A DNA stretch of 64,000 nucleotides from Bacillota bacterium (GCA_029960955.1 JASBVS010000018.1:4297-68296); one strand, 5' to 3'. Shown: positions 18,355 through 28,871, counted from the first letter of the stretch. Program-made: numbers and translations. The notes: a model not told the origin generated them from the sequence alone.

Positions 18355-19400
18355 TCCGCTCGCCCTCCCTCACCCCCGCCCCGCTCCACGGGCCCCGCGA
18401 TCAGGACGGACATCTGTTCCGGCTCGCTCAGGTCGATGGTCCGTCCGGGCAGGCCTTCCCAGCGTCCCTCCTGCCAGCGGATCTCGCGCACCACCGGACG
18501 CGCGTGCACGCCCTGCGGTGCCCGGACGACGACGCAGGTCCGCCCGTCGTCCAGCCGGACCAGGCTTCCTTCCGGGTAGGGCACCACCAGGTCGGCGAAG
18601 GCGGCGGTCACCTCGACGTCCAGGTCGTAGCCGGCGGCCGCCAGGACGTACTCCACCGCCTCGTGCGGCGCCATGCCCGTCCCCTCCGCGGGGTGGGTCC
18701 GGTCGATGTAGGTGTCGATGACGGCCAGGAGGCGCGCGCCGGGGTCGATCGCGTCACCCCGCAGCCCGCGGGGAAAACCCGATCCGTCGTAGCGCTCGTG
18801 ATGCTGCGCCACCGCCGCCCGGCTCCGCGCCGGCCAGGCCAGCGGCGGCTCCATCAGGGCCAGCGCCACCTGCACGTGGCGCGGATCGTCGACGGGGTAG
18901 AGCGCCAGGCCGACGTCGTGGAGCAGCGCCGCCAGGACGAGGTCGTCGCGGGCGCGGGCGCCCAGCCGCCCGAGGGCCAGCGCGGCCACGCCCACCGCCA
19001 CGTGGAGCGCCCTGCGCGCATACCAGGGCGCCGCCACGTCCGGTTCCGGAATGGCGATCCCGCGGGGAGAGCCGGCCAGCTCCTCCACCACGGCCCTGGC
19101 CAGGGCGGGACCCGGCTGGAGCGCCACCGGACGCGGTCCCGAACGCGCCACCTGCCAGAGCTCCTGCACCCAGTCCAACACCTGCTGCTGCACCTTGACG
19201 CTGAGGGGGACGTAGGGCGTCACGTCTTCCAGTCCCCGCGCCTCCACGTAGACGTGGCGGACGCCCCGCTCGCGCAGGCGCTCGGCGCCCGCGCGGTCCA
19301 GCGAGGCGCCGCGGGCGGCCAGCAGCCGCCCCTTCGCGTCGTAGACCGGCTCCATCAGCGTCACCGGAGCCTCGACCTGTTCGACGGGCAGACGTAGCAG
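18351..19400 (-). CDS. HD-GYP-type cyclic-dinucleotide phosphodiesterase-like protein (probable CTG start at 19400; the track starts at 19364)
   Basis: ALLHDVG; [15 protein letters not shown]; ARLLAVID; [13 protein letters not shown]; the frame stays open to 19400 ([21 protein letters not shown]) behind a GGGAGG RBS. Confidence 0.8.
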   Translation of the reverse strand: MLRLPVEQVEAPVTLMEPVYDAKGRLLAARGASLDRAGAERLRERGVRHVYVEARGLEDVTPYVPLSVKVQQQVLDWVQELWQVARSGPRPVALQPGPALARAVVEELAGSPRGIAIPEPDVAAPWYARRALHVAVGVAALALGRLGARARDDLVLAALLHDVGLALYPVDDPRHVQVALALMEPPLAWPARSRAAVAQHHERYDGSGFPRGLRGDAIDPGARLLAVIDTYIDRTHPAEGTGMAPHEAVEYVLAAAGYDLDVEVTAAFADLVVPYPEGSLVRLDDGRTCVVVRAPQGVHARPVVREIRWQEGRWEGLPGRTIDLSEPEQMSVLIAGPVERGGGEGGRAE

Positions 19401-20249
19401 TCAGATGCGCCTCCCTCTCCGGCTCAGCCCCAGCTTAGTCTCGCCCGCTTCGTACAGAAAGGGGCCCACGGGGCGCAGACCGTAGCGTGCCGGATCGGTC
19501 AGGCTCTCCGTGCTCCCCAGGAGAAGCCAGCCGCCCGGCCGGAGCGCGCGCGCCAGGCCGTCCAGGGCGCGCGCCTTGCCGTCGGCGGTGAAGTAGATGA
19601 GGACGTTCCTGCAGAGGATCAGGTCGAACTGGCCGGGCGGCGGGTCTCCCAGCAGGTCGTGACGCAGCACGCGGACGGCACGCCGGATCTCGGCGCGCAG
19701 CCGGAAGAGGCCCGACGGCTGCCGCTCGAACCAGCTCGCCCGCCGCCGGTCGCCGAGCCCGGCCAGCTCCTCCTCGGCGTACTCGGCTGCGGCGGCGCGG
19801 GCCAGCGCCACGCTGTCGATGTCGGTGGCCAGGATCTCGCTGCGCTCCAGGAGCCCTTCCTCCGCCAGGAGGATGGCCAGCGAGTAGGGCTCAGGCCCGT
19901 TGGCGCAGCCGGCGGACCAGACGGCGACCCGGGCCTGCCCGCGCACGCGCGGGATCCAGTGGCGGCGGAGGCGCTCGAACTGCTCGGGGTTGCGAAAGAA
20001 CTCGGAGACGTGGATGGTGAGGAAGCTGACCACCTGCTGGCGCACCGCCTCCTCCCGCTCCATGCGCGAGACCAGGTCGGCCAGCCCGCCGGCGCCCAGC
20101 CGCGCCACCGCGCCGCGCAGCCGCCGCTCCAGCTGCTCGCGCCGGTAGGCGCCCAGATCCTGGCCCGTCAGGCGCCGGTAGGCCGCCAGGAAGCCCAGCC
20201 ACTCCGCCTGGTCGAAGTGTTGCTCGGAATCACCGGCGTTCGCTTTCAC
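19401..20249 (-). CDS. cheR: Chemotaxis methyltransferase
   Basis: LTIHVSEFFRNP; VWSAGCANGPEPYSLA; ILATDID; FDLILCRNVLIYF; LGSTE. Confidence 0.93.
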   Translation of the reverse strand: MKANAGDSEQHFDQAEWLGFLAAYRRLTGQDLGAYRREQLERRLRGAVARLGAGGLADLVSRMEREEAVRQQVVSFLTIHVSEFFRNPEQFERLRRHWIPRVRGQARVAVWSAGCANGPEPYSLAILLAEEGLLERSEILATDIDSVALARAAAAEYAEEELAGLGDRRRASWFERQPSGLFRLRAEIRRAVRVLRHDLLGDPPPGQFDLILCRNVLIYFTADGKARALDGLARALRPGGWLLLGSTESLTDPARYGLRPVGPFLYEAGETKLGLSRRGRRI

Positions 20250-21364
20250 GTCGCATCCCCCAGCACCTCGGCCAGCGCCTGCGGGATGGCCTCGAGGTCG
20301 AGCACCCTGTCGGCGAGGCCGGCCATCACCACCGACCTGGGCATTCCGTAGACGACGCAACTGGCTTCCGACTGGGCGATGACATGACCGCCGGCAGCGC
20401 GCACGGCCGCCGCCCCGCGCGTTCCGTCGGAGCCCATGCCGGTCAGGATGACGGCCACCAGCCGCGGACCCCAGACGGCCGCGGCGCTCTCCAGGGTCGG
20501 GTCGACGCTCGGGCGGACGCCGTGCTGGGGCGGATCCTCCCCCAGCCGCACGCGGCGCCCGGCCGAGACGCGCAGGTGATAGCCGGCCGGCGCCACCAGC
20601 GCCTGGCGGGCCAGCACCGCCTCGCCGTCCTCCGCCTCGCGGACGCCGATGGGCGCCACCCGGTCGAGCCCCTCGGCCAGCGAGTGGGTGAAGCCCGGGG
20701 GCATGTGCTGGACCACGATCACGCCGGCCTCCAGGCCCTCCGGCCAGCTGGGCATCAGCCGGTAGAGCGCCTGGGGGCCGCCGGTGGAGGAGCCGATCAC
20801 CACCACCCTGTCCGCCAGGCCGCCGGCGGGCAGGCGCCGGGCCGGCGGCGCCGGCACGCCCGAGGCGGCCCGCCCGGCCGCGGAGCGCGGCAGGCCGGCC
20901 GTGGCGGCGAGGAGCACCCGGCGCGTCAGCTGTTCGATCATGTTCCGGAAGCCGTCGGGCTCGAGGCCGTCGGGCTTGGGCACGAAGTCGATGGCACCGA
21001 GGCGCAGCGCCTCGACCGTCGCCTCGGCGCCGATGCGCGTGCGGCTGGAGAGCATCACCACCGGCAGCGGGTGCTCGCGCATGATCCGGCCGAGCGCGGT
21101 CAGGCCGTCCATGCGCGGCATCTCGATGTCCAGCGTCAGCACGTCGGCGGCGGTGTCCTGCGCCCTCTCCAGAGCCTCGTCGCCGTCGCCCGCCTCGGCC
21201 ACCACCTGGATCCGGCCGGTCGCCTCCAGCGCCCGGCGGACGCGGGCGCGAAAGAAGCGCGAGTCGTCCACGAGGATCAGCCGGATCGGCCGGCCCGCGG
21301 CCGGCCGGCTGGCCGCAGGCGCCGCCGGGAGCCGCCGCTCGGATCCCTCCGCGCCCGGCCTCAT
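20246..21364 (-). CDS. cheB: Chemotaxis response regulator methylesterase
   Basis: REC domain (LVDDS, LDIEMP) plus GSSTGGP, VQHMP, RPSVD, ILTGMGSDG and VYGMP. Confidence 0.95.
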   Translation of the reverse strand: MRPGAEGSERRLPAAPAASRPAAGRPIRLILVDDSRFFRARVRRALEATGRIQVVAEAGDGDEALERAQDTAADVLTLDIEMPRMDGLTALGRIMREHPLPVVMLSSRTRIGAEATVEALRLGAIDFVPKPDGLEPDGFRNMIEQLTRRVLLAATAGLPRSAAGRAASGVPAPPARRLPAGGLADRVVVIGSSTGGPQALYRLMPSWPEGLEAGVIVVQHMPPGFTHSLAEGLDRVAPIGVREAEDGEAVLARQALVAPAGYHLRVSAGRRVRLGEDPPQHGVRPSVDPTLESAAAVWGPRLVAVILTGMGSDGTRGAAAVRAAGGHVIAQSEASCVVYGMPRSVVMAGLADRVLDLEAIPQALAEVLGDAT

Positions 21365-21723
21365 CGCGGGCTCCCCCAGCGCTCCACCGACTGGAGCACG
21401 CGCTCCGGCTCGAAGGGCTTGACCAGGAAGTCCTTGGCGCCGACCTTGATCGCCTCCAGCACCGTCGCCTTCTGGGCCAGGGCCGTGCACATGACCACCC
21501 GCGCCCCGGCGTCCGCCGCCAGGATCTCGCGCAGGGCGGTCAGCCCGTCCATCTCCGGCATGGTGATGTCGAGCAGGACCAGGTCCGGCCGCTCCCTCCG
21601 GTAGACCTCCAGCGCCTCCCGCCCGTTCGACGCCTCCAGCACCTCGTGCCCGTGCTCGCGGAGCAGCTTGGCCGTCCGCAGGCGGACGAACTGCGAGTCG
21701 TCGACGACCAGCACCCGGCTCAT
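21361..21723 (-). CDS. cheY: Single-domain response regulator CheY
   Basis: VLVVDDS..LLDITMPEMDG..MCTA..VKPF, 120 aa, inside the che operon. Confidence 0.9.
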   Translation of the reverse strand: MSRVLVVDDSQFVRLRTAKLLREHGHEVLEASNGREALEVYRRERPDLVLLDITMPEMDGLTALREILAADAGARVVMCTALAQKATVLEAIKVGAKDFLVKPFEPERVLQSVERWGSPR

Positions 21724-22295
21724 GCCGGATCACCCGCCACGCTCGCCGGCCGGGGCAGGTAGGCCAGCTGCGCCAGCACCCGCCGGCCCGCCGCCTCGAA
21801 GCGGGCCTGGCAGAGGAGCCAGGAGACGCCGTCCTCCCCCGGAGCGTGCAGGGCGGCCGTGGCCCGCCCGACCACCGTCGCCAGCGGAGCCTCCACCACC
21901 TCGGGCACCGACGGCGCGGTGACGCTGCCCGTCCTCTCGCCCAGGACGTTGAGGAAGGAGGTGACGGTCACGTTGCCCACCTCCGCCAGCACCGAGCGCT
22001 CCATCTCCCCCAGCTCGCCGGGCGGCGCCTCGCCCGTCAGCGCCTCCACCAGCTCCCGGCTCGACTCGGCGGAGAAGGCGAGGAGGGCGGCACCCCCGAG
22101 CCCGCCCTGGACGGCGATGTAGACCGCCTCCACCGGCTCCTTCAGCTCGGCCATCGCCTTCTGGAGCTCCGCGCCGCGGACGCGGCGGATCGCCTCCGGC
22201 CGGCACTCCACCGGCTGCCCGAGCATGGCCGAGAGCGCCCGGCCGGCCTGGCGCAGGCCCGCGTCCACCGCCCCGACGAACTCGTCGATCCCCAT
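21720..22295 (-). CDS. cheC: CheC/CheX-family phosphatase
   Basis: ALSAMLGQPV..ERSVLAEVGNV..FLNVL..PSVP; one S-x3-E-x2-N motif; located between cheA and cheY. Confidence 0.75.
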   Translation of the reverse strand: MGIDEFVGAVDAGLRQAGRALSAMLGQPVECRPEAIRRVRGAELQKAMAELKEPVEAVYIAVQGGLGGAALLAFSAESSRELVEALTGEAPPGELGEMERSVLAEVGNVTVTSFLNVLGERTGSVTAPSVPEVVEAPLATVVGRATAALHAPGEDGVSWLLCQARFEAAGRRVLAQLAYLPRPASVAGDPA

Positions 22296-22297
22296 CC

Positions 22298-24160
22298 TCA
22301 CCCCTCCACCCGCGCGGCCAGCATGACGCCGCCCACGTCCAGCACCAGCGCCACGCGGCCGTCGCCCAGCACCGCGGCCCCCGCCAGTCCCCTGGCCTCG
22401 TCCAGCCAGCGGCCCAGCCCCTTGACGACCACCTCCTGGTCGCCCAGCAGGCGATCGACCGCCCAGACCTGGCGGCGTCCCTGGTGATGGACGACCAGGC
22501 CCGTCTGGCCTGCCGCCGGCTCCCACCGCCAGCGCCCCTCCAGCGCGGCCTCGAGCGAGGCGAGGGAGAGGACGCGGTCGCGCCAGCGGAGCACCGGTTC
22601 GCTGCCCACCCGCTCCACCCGCTCCGGGCGCACCTCCACCACCTCGTCGATGGCGCCCAGCGGGACGGCGACCGCGATACCCCCCACCTCCACCAGGAGC
22701 ACGCGCAGGATGGCCACCGTCAGCGGCAGGTCGAGGATGAAGCGCGTCCCCCGGCCGGGCCTCGACTCGACCTCCACCTGCCCGCCGATCCGCTCGACGT
22801 TCCGCCGCACCACGTCCATGCCCACGCCGCGCCCCGAGATCTCGGTCACCTGGCGGCTGGTGGAGAAGCCGGGCAGGAAGATCAGGTCGATCGCCTCGCG
22901 GTCGCTCAGGCGCTGCGCCTGCTCGGCGCCGAGGAAGCCCTTCTCCACCGCCCGCCGCCGCAGCGCCTCCGGATCCATGCCGGCACCGTCGTCGGCGACG
23001 GAGATGCGGATGGTGTTCTCCTCCCGCCAGGCGCGCAGCTCGATCCGCGCCCGCTCCGGCTTCCCCGCCCGCCGCCGCTCCTCCGCCGGCTCCACGCCGT
23101 GGTCGACCGCGTTGCGCAGCAGGTGGATCAGCGGGTCGGCGATCAGCGTGGCCACCGAACGGTCGAGCTCGGTCGCCTCGCCTTCCATGACGAAGTCGAA
23201 GGACTTGCCCGTGCTCGTCTCGAGGTCGCGCATCAGGCGGGGGAAGCGGCGGAAGAGGGTGGAGAGCGGCTGCATGCGGGCGCGCGTCACCGTCGCCTGG
23301 AGCTCCTCGCTCAGCCGCGCCAGGTGCTCGACCACCTCGTCCAGCGAGACGCCGTCGTGCCCCGTGCCCAGCCGCCGCGCCGCCTCGCCCAGGCGGTTCC
23401 GGTCGACCACCAGCTCGCCGATCAGGTTCATCAGGTGGTCGAGCAGGCGGACCTCCACGCGCAACGTCTCCGCCTGACTCTCCAGGGAAGCGACCCCGGA
23501 GCCGCCGGTCCGCGCCGGGCCGGGCGGCGCCTGGCCGATGCGCTCCACCCGGACCACGTCGGGCACCGCGCGGATCTCGCGCAGCACTTCCTCCGGCGAG
23601 CCGCGGAAGCGGAGGCGGAGGCGCTGGAACTCCTCGCCGGCCTCGATGGCCGCCTCGTCGGGCTCGGAGGCGACGACCTCGCCGCCCGCGTCGCGCACCG
23701 CCTGCAGCACCTGGTAGGAGCGGACCGAGAGGAAGGGGCACTGCTCGGAGAAGCGGACTTCCACCTCCGTCTCCGCTTCCTCGTCGGCGGGGGCCTCCGC
23801 CTCCGCGGCGCGCGGCGCCTCCGGCGCGAGGCCGAGCTCCGCCCGCATGGCGTCGACCTCCGCCAGCATGCGGTCGACGTCGGCCCGCGAGGGCGCCGGT
23901 TCCCCCCGGCGGAGCGGCTCGAGCTCGTTCTCCAGGTCGTGGGCCCGGCGGGCCACCTCTTCCAGCCCCGCCGCGCCCGCGTTCCCCTTGAGCGTGTGGG
24001 CGGCGCGGAAGAGGAGGTTCACCTGATCGGGCGAGGCGGCGCCCTGGCCCAGGGCGACCAGCCCTTCCTCCAGCGTGTCCAGGAGCTCTCCGGCCTCCTG
24101 CAGGAAGAGGCGACTCTCCTCCTCGCTCAGCCCCGGCAGCGAGGCCCCGCGGCCGGCCAC
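22298..24160 (-). CDS. cheA: Chemotaxis histidine kinase
   Basis: Hpt FRAAHTLKG; LDHLMNLIGELV; HLLRNAVDHGVE; DDGAG; FLPGFST..SGRGVGMDVV; C-terminal CheW domain. Confidence 0.95.
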   Translation of the reverse strand: MAGRGASLPGLSEEESRLFLQEAGELLDTLEEGLVALGQGAASPDQVNLLFRAAHTLKGNAGAAGLEEVARRAHDLENELEPLRRGEPAPSRADVDRMLAEVDAMRAELGLAPEAPRAAEAEAPADEEAETEVEVRFSEQCPFLSVRSYQVLQAVRDAGGEVVASEPDEAAIEAGEEFQRLRLRFRGSPEEVLREIRAVPDVVRVERIGQAPPGPARTGGSGVASLESQAETLRVEVRLLDHLMNLIGELVVDRNRLGEAARRLGTGHDGVSLDEVVEHLARLSEELQATVTRARMQPLSTLFRRFPRLMRDLETSTGKSFDFVMEGEATELDRSVATLIADPLIHLLRNAVDHGVEPAEERRRAGKPERARIELRAWREENTIRISVADDGAGMDPEALRRRAVEKGFLGAEQAQRLSDREAIDLIFLPGFSTSRQVTEISGRGVGMDVVRRNVERIGGQVEVESRPGRGTRFILDLPLTVAILRVLLVEVGGIAVAVPLGAIDEVVEVRPERVERVGSEPVLRWRDRVLSLASLEAALEGRWRWEPAAGQTGLVVHHQGRRQVWAVDRLLGDQEVVVKGLGRWLDEARGLAGAAVLGDGRVALVLDVGGVMLAARVEG

Positions 24161-24163
24161 GGC

Positions 24164-24673
24164 TCATCCCTCCGGGCGGGCGACCCGGGCGGCCGCCGCC
24201 CGCTGGTGCGCATCCAGCACGCGCTCGAGCGCCAGGAGGATGACCAGCCGCTCCTCCAGCCGTGCCACGCCGCGCAGGAAGGAGGCGTCCTCGCCCCGCA
24301 CCAGCTCCCCCGGCGGCTCGACGAGGTCGGCGGGGATGTCCAGCACCTCGCTGACGCCGTCCACCAGCATGCCGATCAGCTCCTCGCCGTCCTCCACGAC
24401 CACGATGCGCGAGAGCGGCCCGGGCTCCGCCGCGCCCAGGCCCAGGCGCCGGCGCAGGTCGATCACCGGGATGATCCGCCCGCGCAGGTTGATCACGCCC
24501 AGCACGAAGGGCGGCGCCTGCGGCACGCGGGTGATGGGCTGGAAGGCCAGCACCTCGCGGACGGATGCGATGTCGGCGCCGTAGGCCTGGCCGTCCAGCT
24601 CCAGCACCACGACCTGCTCGGCCGCCGCCTCCTCCCCGGGGCCAGGCCGAACCCCGTCGGTCGGCTGGCTCAT
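24164..24673 (-). CDS. cheW: Chemotaxis coupling protein
   Basis: [49 protein letters not shown]. Confidence 0.93.
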   Translation of the reverse strand: MSQPTDGVRPGPGEEAAAEQVVVLELDGQAYGADIASVREVLAFQPITRVPQAPPFVLGVINLRGRIIPVIDLRRRLGLGAAEPGPLSRIVVVEDGEELIGMLVDGVSEVLDIPADLVEPPGELVRGEDASFLRGVARLEERLVILLALERVLDAHQRAAAARVARPEG

Positions 24674-25311
24674 GCGGCCTCCTCCCTTCCCTGGCCCGCC
24701 CGGTAGCGGCGGACCATCCCCGTCAGCTCGCGCGCAAGCTGCTCCATCTGGGCGGCCATCCCGCTCGCCTCCTCGACCGCCGCGCCCGCCCGGCTCAGGA
24801 AGTCCCGCAGTCCCGCGACCCGCTCGACCGTCTCGGCCACCAGGCGGCCGTTCTCCTGGACGGCCTCCTCCACCTGGCGGCTGGAGGCGGCCATGTGCTC
24901 GGCGGAGGCGGCGTTCTCCTCGGCCACACCGGCCACGCCCTCCATGGCGCGGACGGCCTGCTGGGCGTCCCCGTCGGCGCCCTGGGCGGCCGAGGCGATG
25001 GCGTCGATGGGCTCCTTGACCCGTCGCACCTGCTCGAAGATGCCCGCCAGCGTCTCCAGCGTCCGCTCGATCTCGACCGAGCCGCGGTTGACCTGGTCGC
25101 TGGACTCGCGCATGGCGGCCACCACCGCGTCGGTCTCGTGGCGCAACGCCTCGACGCGCCGCGCGATGTCGCGGCTGGCCTCGCCGCTGCGCTCGGCCAG
25201 GTGGCGGATCTCGCTGGCCACCACGGCGAAACCGCGCCCGTGCTCGCCCGCCCGCGCCGCCTCGATGGCGGCGTTGAGCGCCAGCAGGTTGGTCTGGTCG
25301 GCGATCTCGGT
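24670..25311 (-). pseudogene. Methyl-accepting chemotaxis protein, C-terminal fragment (5' part missing at a break)
   Basis: [42 protein letters not shown] signalling tip; MCP-like sequence ends abruptly at about 25311 with no start, TM or HAMP region. Confidence 0.8.
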
Positions 25312-25467
25312 GCCACCTCCGGCGACGCCTGAGTCCCGAAGAATCAATTTGAGCACCTGGCTGCTCAGCTTTCGAAACGCTCGGGAAGCGGTTCCAGCAG
25401 CATCGCCCTCACCCCGTGGTCGGCCGGGAGGAACAGCGCGGCGTGGGCATTCCTTCCCCGACGGTGG

Positions 25468-26193
25468 ATGCCGGTGGCGGGCGGGCGCCGCCTGGAGCTC
25501 TCCCGTATGCGGCGGGCCGTCGCCCGGAGCATGCTCCGCTCCTGGCAGACCGTGCCGCAGTTCTCGGTCAGCCGCAGCTTCGACGCCGGCGCCATCCTGG
25601 AGCTGCGCCGCGCGCTGGCGGGGCAGCGCGGGCGGGAGGGGCCGCTGCGCCTCTCGCTCACCGACTTCCTGGTGCAGGCGGTGGCGCAGAGCCTCCTCGA
25701 GTTTCCGGCGCTCAACGCCACCTTCGAGGAAGGGGCGGCACCGGGCGAGGGGGCGCTCGTCTTCCACGACGAGGTGGCGGTGGGCCTGGCGACGGTCCTG
25801 GAGGAGGGCGGCCTGCTGGTGCCGGTCCTCCACCACGCGGAGCGCCTGGCGCTGGGCGAGATCGCCTCCCGGCGGGCGCGGCTGGTGGAGGCCGCGCGGG
25901 CGGGGAGGCTTCCTCCCGAGGCGATGTCCGGCGGGACCTTCACCCTCTCCAACCTGGGCCCGTTCGGCGTCGACGCCTTCCGCGCCATCTGCAACCCGGG
26001 GGAGGCGGCCATCCTGGCCGTGGGGGCGGTGCGGGAGCAGGCGGTGGTGCGCGGGGGCGAGGTGGTGGTCCGGCCCGTGGCGACGCTGACGCTGACGGTC
26101 GACCACCGGGCGGCGGACGGCGCCGAGGCGGCGCGCTTCCTGGCCGCGCTGGTGGCGCGGCTGGAGTCGCGGGAGGGCTGGCTGCTCTTCTGA
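25468..26193 (+). pseudogene. Dihydrolipoamide acyltransferase (E2) catalytic domain only; lipoyl and E3-binding domains missing
   Basis: [12 protein letters not shown]; GLLVPVL; [10 protein letters not shown]; [19 protein letters not shown]; begins right after the atypical segment, with no convincing RBS. Confidence 0.75.
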
Positions 26194-26250
26194 GAGCCGG
26201 CGGCACGGAGCCGGCGGCGCGCGGGTAGCGGCGGAAGGGAGGCAGGGGAC

Positions 26251-27222
26251 GTGAGCGGGGTGGCCTTCGACCCGGCCTGGATCGTCGAGCTCTACCGGCG
26301 GATGGTGCGCATCCGCGCCTTCGAGGAGAAGGCGGCGGAGCTCTACCAGAAGGGGGCGCTGCCGGGCTTCCTCCACTCCTCGGTGGGCCAGGAGGCGGTG
26401 CCCGTGGGCGTCTGTGCCTGGCTGGAGCGGGATGACCTGATCACCTCCACGCACCGCGGGCACGGGCACATCCTGGCCAAGGGCGCCGACCCGGCGCGCA
26501 TGTTTCTCGAGCTCTACGGGAGCGAGGAAGGGTACAACCGCGGCAAGGGCGGCTCCATGCACATCATGGACTTCTCCATCGGCGTGCTGGGCGCCAACGG
26601 CATCGTCGGGGCCGGCATCCCCATCGCCGCGGGCGCCGGCATCTCGCTGCAGAACCGCGGCTCGGACCGGGTGGTCGCCTGCTTCTTCGGCGACGGCGCC
26701 GTCACCACCGGCGCCTTCCACGAGGGGGTCAACATGGCCGCCATCTGGGAGCTGCCCGTCGTCTTCGTCTGCGAGAACAACCAGTACGCCGAGTCGACGC
26801 CCCACCGGACGGTGGACCGGGCGCCGGACCTGACCGTCCGCGCCCAGGGCTACGGCATCCCCGGCGAGCTGGTCGACGGCAACGACCTCTTCGCCGTCCT
26901 GGAGGCGGCGCAGAGGGCGGTGGAGCGGGCGCGCCGGGGCGGGGGGCCGACGCTCCTGGAGTGCCGCACCTACCGCTGGTACGGCCACTACATCGGCGAC
27001 CCGGCGGTCTACCGGAGCGACGAGGAAGTCGCCTCCTGGAAGGCGCGCGACCCGCTGCGGCGGGTGGCCGCCTGGCTGCTGGAGCAGGGCGCGCTGGACG
27101 AGGAGGGCGAGGCCCGCCTGCGCGCCGAGGTGGAGGCCGAGATCGAGGCGGCCGCCGAGGCTGGCGCCCGCGGCCGCCGGCCGGCTCCGGAGAGCGCGCT
27201 GGAGGACGTCTACGCCGGTTGA
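26251..27222 (+). CDS. TPP-dependent dehydrogenase E1 alpha (acetoin/pyruvate type)
   Basis: [11 protein letters not shown]; STHRGHGH; GKGGSMH; FFGDGA..N; CENNQYA; TYRWYGH. Confidence 0.92.
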   Translation: MSGVAFDPAWIVELYRRMVRIRAFEEKAAELYQKGALPGFLHSSVGQEAVPVGVCAWLERDDLITSTHRGHGHILAKGADPARMFLELYGSEEGYNRGKGGSMHIMDFSIGVLGANGIVGAGIPIAAGAGISLQNRGSDRVVACFFGDGAVTTGAFHEGVNMAAIWELPVVFVCENNQYAESTPHRTVDRAPDLTVRAQGYGIPGELVDGNDLFAVLEAAQRAVERARRGGGPTLLECRTYRWYGHYIGDPAVYRSDEEVASWKARDPLRRVAAWLLEQGALDEEGEARLRAEVEAEIEAAAEAGARGRRPAPESALEDVYAG

Positions 27223-27261
27223 GGGAGGCCGCGCGCGGAGCGGTGGCGGAAGGGGGCGACG

Positions 27262-28287
27262 GTGCCGGTGCGCGAGCTGACGATGCGCGAGGCGCTGCGG
27301 GAGGCGCTGGCGGAGGAGATGGAGCGCGATCCGTCCGTCTTCCTCCTGGGCGAGGACATCCAGGATCCCATGGGCGGCTCCTACAAGGTGACGCTGGGCC
27401 TCTCCACCCGGTTCGGCACGCGCCGGGTGCGGAACGCGCCCATCTCCGAGGCGGCCATCGTCGGCGCCGGGGTGGGGGCGGCCGTCACCGGTTCGCGACC
27501 GGTGGTCGAGGTCATGTACGTGGACTTCCTGGAGATCGCCATGGACCAGCTGGTCAGCCAGGCCGCGAAGATCCGCTACATGTCCGGCGGCCAGGTGGCG
27601 GTTCCGCTGACCGTCCGCTGCCAGGGCGGGCCGGGCCGCTCGGCGGGCCCGCAGCACTCGCAGCTCCTGGAAGCCTGGTTCGCCCACGTCCCCGGGTTGA
27701 AGGTGGTCGTCCCCTCCACCCCGCGGGACGGGAAGGCGCTCCTCAAGGCGGCCATCCGGGATCCCGACCCGGTGGTCTTCTTCGAACCCAACGTGCTCTA
27801 CAACAGCCGCGGGCCGGTGCCCGACCCGGGCGCCGACGAGGTGGCGCCGCTGGGGAAGGCCGACGTCAAGCGCCCCGGCCGCGACGTCACGGTGGTCACC
27901 TACGGGGCCATGGTGGCCATGGCGCTGGAGGCGGCCGAGCGCCTCGCCCGCGAGGACGGGGTGGAGGCCGAGGTGATCGACCTGCGCACCGTCAGCCCGT
28001 GGGACCGGGAGACGGTCCTGGCTTCCTTCCGGAAGACGCGGGCGCTGGTGGTGGCCCATCAGGCGGTCCGTCAAGGGGGGATGGGAGCGGAGATCGCGGC
28101 GACCGTCTACGAGGAAGCGCTGGACGAGGTGGACGTGGAGATCGCCCGCGTCGGCGCGCGCTTCGCGCCCACGCCCTTCGCGCCCGAGCTGGAGCGCTAC
28201 GTCGTTCCGGGGGTGGAGGAGATCGTGGCGGCGGCGCGGGCGACGCTGGAGCGGGCGGGACGCGCGGGCCTGCTGGCCCGCCGCTGA
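27262..28287 (+). CDS. TPP-dependent dehydrogenase E1 beta
   Basis: [16 protein letters not shown]; [11 protein letters not shown]; PQHSQ; [13 protein letters not shown]; EVIDLRT. Confidence 0.92.
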   Translation: MPVRELTMREALREALAEEMERDPSVFLLGEDIQDPMGGSYKVTLGLSTRFGTRRVRNAPISEAAIVGAGVGAAVTGSRPVVEVMYVDFLEIAMDQLVSQAAKIRYMSGGQVAVPLTVRCQGGPGRSAGPQHSQLLEAWFAHVPGLKVVVPSTPRDGKALLKAAIRDPDPVVFFEPNVLYNSRGPVPDPGADEVAPLGKADVKRPGRDVTVVTYGAMVAMALEAAERLAREDGVEAEVIDLRTVSPWDRETVLASFRKTRALVVAHQAVRQGGMGAEIAATVYEEALDEVDVEIARVGARFAPTPFAPELERYVVPGVEEIVAAARATLERAGRAGLLARR

Positions 28288-28388
28288 CGGCGCCCGCACC
28301 CGGCCGCCGGCCGTGGCGGGGCGGCACTGGTGTAGCCCGCGGGAATTGCGCAGAACGAATAGGATATTCACGATCTCCCCGGCTCGGG

Positions 28389-28847
28389 AGCTCCTTCGAG
28401 GACGAGATCCGGACGCTCCTGGAGAACTACCTCGACAACGTGGAGGCCTACCTGGAGCACACGCGCATCACCGACCCCATCACGGGCGAGGAGCGGGAGC
28501 CGGACGAGCGTCTCATGCGCTCCATCGAGGAGAAGGTGGCGGTCTCCGAGAGCGGCAAGGACGCCTTCCGCAACGAGATCATGCGCAAGGTGGCGATCGC
28601 GGACCGGCGCGGCGAGCGGTTCGACTACACCACCCACGAGAAGCTGCGCACAGCGCTGGAGCGGCAGCTCTTCGACGAGCGCCGCGACACCATCCGCCTC
28701 ACCGTCACCTCGCGCAATCCCGACGAGGAGGAGCTGAAGCGGATCAACCAGGTGGTGGAGACGCTCATCCAGCGCGAGGGTTACTGCGCCACCTGCGCCA
28801 ACGAGCTCCTCAAGTACGTCTCCTCGCTTCTCTCGCGCGAGAAGTGA
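28389..28847 (+). pseudogene. prkA: PrkA (YeaG) family ATPase/kinase, C-terminal fragment
   Basis: [64 protein letters not shown]; directly upstream of yhbH-spoVR; 5' part absent. Confidence 0.85.
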
Positions 28848-28871
28848 AGCCGGTTCGCAGGAGGGGTACGG

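Noticed and set aside
24670-28371. Apparent 1233-aa MCP
   Set aside because: Everything above about 25311 is spacer or antisense to the E2/E1 genes, with no TM or HAMP features
25311-28390. Dehydrogenase block as a mobile element
   Set aside because: No transposase or integrase, no shared terminal repeats or target duplication seen, and composition similar to the flanks; three different genes are truncated, which fits joins better than an insertion
26961-28847. Apparent 628-aa protein ending in a PrkA domain
   Set aside because: The N-terminal part is an off-frame shadow of the E1 genes; only 28389-28847 is PrkA-like
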